From Opitutia bacterium (GTDB taxonomy: Bacteria; Verrucomicrobiota; Verrucomicrobiia; Opitutales; Opitutaceae): DNA of 64,000 nt. A program made the position numbers and the translations under genes. Shown here in pieces: positions 59,600 to 64,000 of the stretch. The notes beneath the pieces are model-generated. The model was given only the letters and a program-made list of their open reading frames with translations. It was not told the origin of the DNA and made no database searches. The DNA lies in contig CANJVR010000001.1 in NCBI GenBank assembly GCA_947478395.1, forward strand, positions 512,001-576,000, in the 5' to 3' direction. Each line of letters opens with the position of its first letter. Position 1 is the stretch's first letter.

Positions 59600-61129
59600 T
59601 CACTTCTTCCCGTGCGCCGCGAAGAAATCGAAGGCGTCGGCCACCGCAACCGACGGCGCCGTGTCATGCGTGGCACCGGGATAGATCTTCACCGTCGCAT
59701 CCACCCCTTTTCCCTTCAGCGCTTCACCGATCGCCTTGGTCGCGCCGGCCACGCCATCTTCGCTACCGGCGTAAACCATCATCGGAATTTTCTTCACCCT
59801 CTCGACGTCATAGTACGCCCCAACCGCCGCGTTTGAACCGCCGATCGCCACCGCCGCCCAGTAGTCCGCATATTTCTGCGCAAAGTAGTGACCACCCTGC
59901 CCGCCCGCGGAATAGCCGAAGAGAAATATCCGCTTCGAATCGATCGGATACTCGGCCTTGATGAGATCAAACACGTGCATCGCGTCCTGCTCGCTCCACT
60001 CGGAACGCACCAACATCGGAGTTGTCGAGCCGTTCACTCCGCCAAATCCGCCGCCCGCACCCAAACCGCCGCGTCCGCCGCCACCTGGCGCCGCCGCCGG
60101 AGTCGGACCAAATTGCTGCGGCGCAGCCATCGACGCAGCCATTCCGCGCGCACCGCGCTCCCGGTTAAAAGGAACGTAGTTAAAGCCGCCGTTCGGCCAG
60201 TAAGCCAAAGGAGCCACCATCATGAAGCCGTGTTTTTCCGCCGTCTGCGGGATGACGCGGCCGTCGCGGTCGAAATAGAAATCCTGATCGCGACTGTTCC
60301 CGTGCAAAACAAAGACCAGCGGCAGCGCCGTTTTTCCGTCCCAGTTTGCGGGAACATAAACCCGATACGGCAGAATCTCGTCGGCCTCTTTCATGTGGTA
60401 ATGCCGCACCAAATCTCCGCCCGCGCGAACCACCGGATCCTTCCCCGCTTCCAACGCCGCAAGCAGCTCCGCCGATCGCTTCAGCCCGGCACTAAAATCA
60501 TAAAGCTTCTGCACCCCGGCCTGCGTGAGTCCGAACTCCGGCGCGCCGTTGGCCGAGCCGTACACGCGTTTTCCAAGGTTGATCACGCGCGCGAGGTCGA
60601 ACGGATAAAGCACACTCGCCTTCGCACTCTCGTGCCCCGTGATTTTTGCGAGCCGCTGGGTGAAACTGATCTGCTTCTCCTCAAGACCGGCAACGAGCAC
60701 GACGTGCCGCTCCAACTTCGCGATGATCGCATCGCCGTCGAACAGTTCCGCCACGTAGCGGTAGAATCCATCGGGCGCGCTGCGGAGGTCTGCCATGAAT
60801 GGCACCGGCGTCACCGCCAGATTTCCCCCGTAAATCGTAAACGTGCCGAGTTCCTGCACCGGCTTCGGCTCACCGTCCCACGACGCGAGCGCGACCTTGA
60901 GGCGCAGCGCGCCCTTCGACGTGTAGGCCACCGGGCTCGTCTGTGTAAGCCAGCCGAACATCGGACGCGTGGAATCAGCCACCATCCGATCGGTGCGCAA
61001 CGCGAGCGAAGCCGCAAAGTCAGGCGCAACCGACCCAGGCACCGCACGCGCCGCCGGCTGCGCGCCCGCGAAAGGCGTGGCGAATCCGCAGAGCGCAGCG
61101 CAAAGACCAATCAGTTTAAGTCGTTTCAT
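59600..61129 (-). CDS. Secreted alpha/beta hydrolase (esterase/PHB-depolymerase-like)
   Basis: PYRVYVP, PLVFVLHG, IDSKRIFLFGYSAGG, GSEDG, YPGATH; start MKRLKL. Confidence 0.8.
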   Translation of the reverse strand: MKRLKLIGLCAALCGFATPFAGAQPAARAVPGSVAPDFAASLALRTDRMVADSTRPMFGWLTQTSPVAYTSKGALRLKVALASWDGEPKPVQELGTFTIYGGNLAVTPVPFMADLRSAPDGFYRYVAELFDGDAIIAKLERHVVLVAGLEEKQISFTQRLAKITGHESAKASVLYPFDLARVINLGKRVYGSANGAPEFGLTQAGVQKLYDFSAGLKRSAELLAALEAGKDPVVRAGGDLVRHYHMKEADEILPYRVYVPANWDGKTALPLVFVLHGNSRDQDFYFDRDGRVIPQTAEKHGFMMVAPLAYWPNGGFNYVPFNRERGARGMAASMAAPQQFGPTPAAAPGGGGRGGLGAGGGFGGVNGSTTPMLVRSEWSEQDAMHVFDLIKAEYPIDSKRIFLFGYSAGGQGGHYFAQKYADYWAAVAIGGSNAAVGAYYDVERVKKIPMMVYAGSEDGVAGATKAIGEALKGKGVDATVKIYPGATHDTAPSVAVADAFDFFAAHGKK

Positions 61130-61381
61130 TGGGGTGATCGTGGAGATGGGATTTAAAATAGGGCAGATATCCGACCTGCCTCCGACTCCGCTGCCATCGT
61201 GAACAAAGCAAAGAGTCCACTGCAGCGGCGTCTCACTTTGTCGCACCCACTCACTGAATTCTTCGCCACCCTCAGAATAACCACAGGAGAGTGTCGGGGT
61301 TGGAGGTTAGGAAGGGTTTTCGGCAAAACGGTTTGATCTGGCTTTTCCGAACGGAGGCCGCCCGCGAGCAGGCTACCTCCT

Positions 61382-62740
61382 TCAGACCTCCAATTTGCCG
61401 GTGCTGTCGCCGAGCTTGTCCGCGCGGACATTCATGCGATCGAGCAGGCCGAGGTAGAGATTCGTGATCGGGGTATTCTCGGCCACGCGCACATGCCGTC
61501 CGCCCTTGAGCGTGCCGTTACCTCCGCCGGCCACGAGCACCGGAAGATTTTCGTGCGTGTGCCGGTTGCTGTCCGAGATACCGCAGCCGTAAACGATCAT
61601 CGAGTGATCGAGCAAGGTGCCATCGCCGTCCTTCGTCGTGCGCAGCCGATTCAGGAAATGCGCGAACAACTCCATGTGGTAGGTGTTGATCTTGGTCAGC
61701 TTCGCCAGCGACTCCGCCCGGTTCTGGTGATGCGAGAGGGCATGATGTGGATCCGCCACGCCAATCTGCTCATACGTGCGGACACTGCCTTCGCGGCCGA
61801 CGACCATCGTCGCAACGCGCGTGAGATCCGCCTGAAACGCCAGCGCCTGCAAATCGTACATCAGCCGCGCGTGTTCGCTGAAATCCGAAGGCACGCCCGA
61901 GGGCTTGTTGAAATCGGGTGTGGCGACGGGCGTGCGTGCCTCCGCTTGCTCGATCCGTTTTTCGAGATCGCGGATGGTCGTGAGATATTCGTCGAGCTTG
62001 TGGCGATCCGCCGGCCCCACTTGTCCGAGCAGCCGGCGGGTTTCCTCGCGAGCGCTGTCGAGGATGCTCTTCCGGTAATTGGCGCGGCGCATCCGCGTTT
62101 CGGCACTCACGCTCGGATCGAAATCCCCGAACAGCCGCTCGAACAACAACCGCGGATTCGTCTCCGGCGGCAACGGCGTGGAAGGTCCGCGCCACGCGAT
62201 GCTATTCGTGTAAGCACAGCTGTAACCCGAGTCGCAGTGGCCGACGACACGGTTGTCGTCGAGGCCCAGCTCCAGCGAGGGAAAGCGCGTCGTCTGGCCG
62301 ATCTGCTCCGCCGCGACCTGATCAACTGAGATGCCGGCGAACAGATCCGTGCCGCCGGTTTTCTTCGGATGACTTCCCGTGAGAAAACTCGCGCCCGCGC
62401 GCGCGTGATCGCCACCGCCATCGCCGAGCGCGTTAGCCTGATGATTGATCAACCCCGAAATCACCATGCTCTGTTCGCGAAAAGCCTCGATCGGTTTCAG
62501 GATGCTCGGCATCTCGAACGCCGCTCCCTCCACCGCCGGCGTCCAATGATCCATCACGATTCCATTCGGCACATAGAAATACGCCATGCGAAGCGGCGCG
62601 GCTTTCGCCGCCGCCGCCGCCAGTTTAGAGGCCTGCCCGAACGCTGTCGGGATCATCGAGTCGAGCATCGGGACCGCAATTGCCGCGCCGAGACCGCGGA
62701 TAAAGTGACGCCGCGGAATGTGTTTGCCGGTGAGAATCAT
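61382..62740 (-). CDS. DUF1552 domain protein (Tat-like RR N-terminus)
   Basis: IPRRHFIRGLG..VPMLDSM, YVPNG, ISVDQVAA, FPSLELG, PPETNPR..FERLFG, HHALSHH, DGDGTLLD. Confidence 0.9.
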   Translation of the reverse strand: MILTGKHIPRRHFIRGLGAAIAVPMLDSMIPTAFGQASKLAAAAAKAAPLRMAYFYVPNGIVMDHWTPAVEGAAFEMPSILKPIEAFREQSMVISGLINHQANALGDGGGDHARAGASFLTGSHPKKTGGTDLFAGISVDQVAAEQIGQTTRFPSLELGLDDNRVVGHCDSGYSCAYTNSIAWRGPSTPLPPETNPRLLFERLFGDFDPSVSAETRMRRANYRKSILDSAREETRRLLGQVGPADRHKLDEYLTTIRDLEKRIEQAEARTPVATPDFNKPSGVPSDFSEHARLMYDLQALAFQADLTRVATMVVGREGSVRTYEQIGVADPHHALSHHQNRAESLAKLTKINTYHMELFAHFLNRLRTTKDGDGTLLDHSMIVYGCGISDSNRHTHENLPVLVAGGGNGTLKGGRHVRVAENTPITNLYLGLLDRMNVRADKLGDSTGKLEV

Positions 62741-64000
62741 GATTTGGGGGCCGCCGGAGCGCGGAGTCGGAATTGCGGGGTGTTGACGATACCGAGCACG
62801 AGGCTCGAAAAACGATAATCGGCGGCGGGGAGTTGAGCGGCGATTTTGCGAACCGCGCTTCGATCCGACGGCGTGAGGCCGCGGCCCAAAGCATAAGTGA
62901 GCAGCTTGTCGCTAATGCACTCCGCGAAGTCCATTTTGTCCACCTTTAGAATGCCCGCGAGCTCAAGCGGCCCGTTGAACGTCCGCCCGTCGGGCAAAGC
63001 GCCCGAGGCGTCGACGGGAAACTTCCCGTTATCGTCCCGCCACGCACCAACCGCATCGAAATTCTCCAGCCCGAAGCCGAGCGGATCCATTCGCACATGG
63101 CACGAAGCACACACCGGATTAGCGCGGTGCAGTTCAAGCTGTTCGCGCATCGTCTTCGTCACGCCGATCGCTTCCTCGCCGAGACTCGGCACATCGCCGG
63201 GCGGCGGAGGGGGCGGAGAATTGAGGATGTTTTCGAGAATAAACTTTCCCCGCAGTACCGGCGACGTGCGATTAGCATAGGATGAAACCGTCAACACACT
63301 CGCATGCGTCAGCACGCCCTGACGCCGCGCCTCCCGCGGCAGCGCCACTTTCCGAAATCCGATCCCTTCGACGCCGGAAATCCCGTAATACTCGGCCAGC
63401 CGCTGGTTGAGGAAACTGTAGTTCGCCTCGACGAAATCGAGTACGCTCCGGTCTTCCTGCATGATGTAGCCGAAAAGCTTTTCTGTCTCCTGCTGCATCG
63501 ACATGCGCGTGTAGTTCGTGAAGTGCTGAAACGCTTTCCGCTCCACCGTGTGCGACTCCAGCGCGCGAAATTGCAGCCACTGCCCGCCAAAATTCTCAAC
63601 GAGCGCGAACGCCTTTGGGTCCTTGATCATCCGCCGCACCTGCGCGTCGATCGCGCCGGGCTGTTCGAGTTTTCCCGTGTCGGCCAGCCGCAGTAATTCG
63701 TCGTCCGGCATCGAGCTCCAGAGAAAATACGAGAGGCGTGTCGCGAGCTCGTGCGGACTCACCCCGACGGCCGACGCCGCCGGCGGATCGCGTTCCAACC
63801 GAAAAATGAAATTCGGCGAGATCAACATCCGCGTGAGCGCCAGCGTTAGTCCTTCCTCGAAGGAATCGCCGTCCCTTTGCACCAGCTCGACCAGCTTCAC
63901 CAAAGAATCGACCTCGTCGTTGCTCACCGGCCGGCGGTAGGCGCGATGCGCCAAGTCAGAAATGATTTCACGCGCGCGCGCCGCGGAAACTTTCCCCGCC
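62737..64000 (-). CDS. DUF1592/DUF1588/DUF1585 multidomain protein, C-terminal part (runs off window end)
   Basis: RAYRRP, SPNFIFR, ELATRLSYFLWSSMPD, GQWL, TSPVLRG, CASCH..MDPLGFGLENFD, YALGR. Confidence 0.9.
   Translation of the reverse strand, partial: AGKVSAARAREIISDLAHRAYRRPVSNDEVDSLVKLVELVQRDGDSFEEGLTLALTRMLISPNFIFRLERDPPAASAVGVSPHELATRLSYFLWSSMPDDELLRLADTGKLEQPGAIDAQVRRMIKDPKAFALVENFGGQWLQFRALESHTVERKAFQHFTNYTRMSMQQETEKLFGYIMQEDRSVLDFVEANYSFLNQRLAEYYGISGVEGIGFRKVALPREARRQGVLTHASVLTVSSYANRTSPVLRGKFILENILNSPPPPPPGDVPSLGEEAIGVTKTMREQLELHRANPVCASCHVRMDPLGFGLENFDAVGAWRDDNGKFPVDASGALPDGRTFNGPLELAGILKVDKMDFAECISDKLLTYALGRGLTPSDRSAVRKIAAQLPAADYRFSSLVLGIVNTPQFRLRAPAAPKS

Overview
GC-rich bacterial chromosome segment. 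Gene content (DUF1552/DUF1592 pair, short EF-Ts, short pilin, many secreted pectin CAZymes) suggests Verrucomicrobia/Opitutaceae, which is an inference. Housekeeping genes (hisC fragment, ppk1, rpsB-tsf, nadD-rsfS, hppA, DEAD-box helicase, tRNA-Ser(CGA), tRNA-Leu(TAA)) are interleaved with four accessory blocks. (1) Two rhamnogalacturonan/pectin enzyme clusters. (2) A ~9.7 kb integrative element at the tRNA-Ser 3' end, bounded by a 25-bp att repeat. It carries a tyrosine integrase, type III mod-rhuM-res plus ASCH, and a ~2 kb highly structured non-coding region with three related origin-like modules but no recognisable rep/mob gene; a decayed related integrase lies just outside it. (3) A type IV pilin next to three GT-C-fold glycosyltransferases and a methyltransferase. 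(4) A YHYH-PEBP/sulfatase/metallophosphatase operon divergent from a CzcRS-like two-component system and HupE/UreJ. REP-like palindromes are dispersed through the intergenic regions. All family calls come from motif recognition by eye; no database searches were run.
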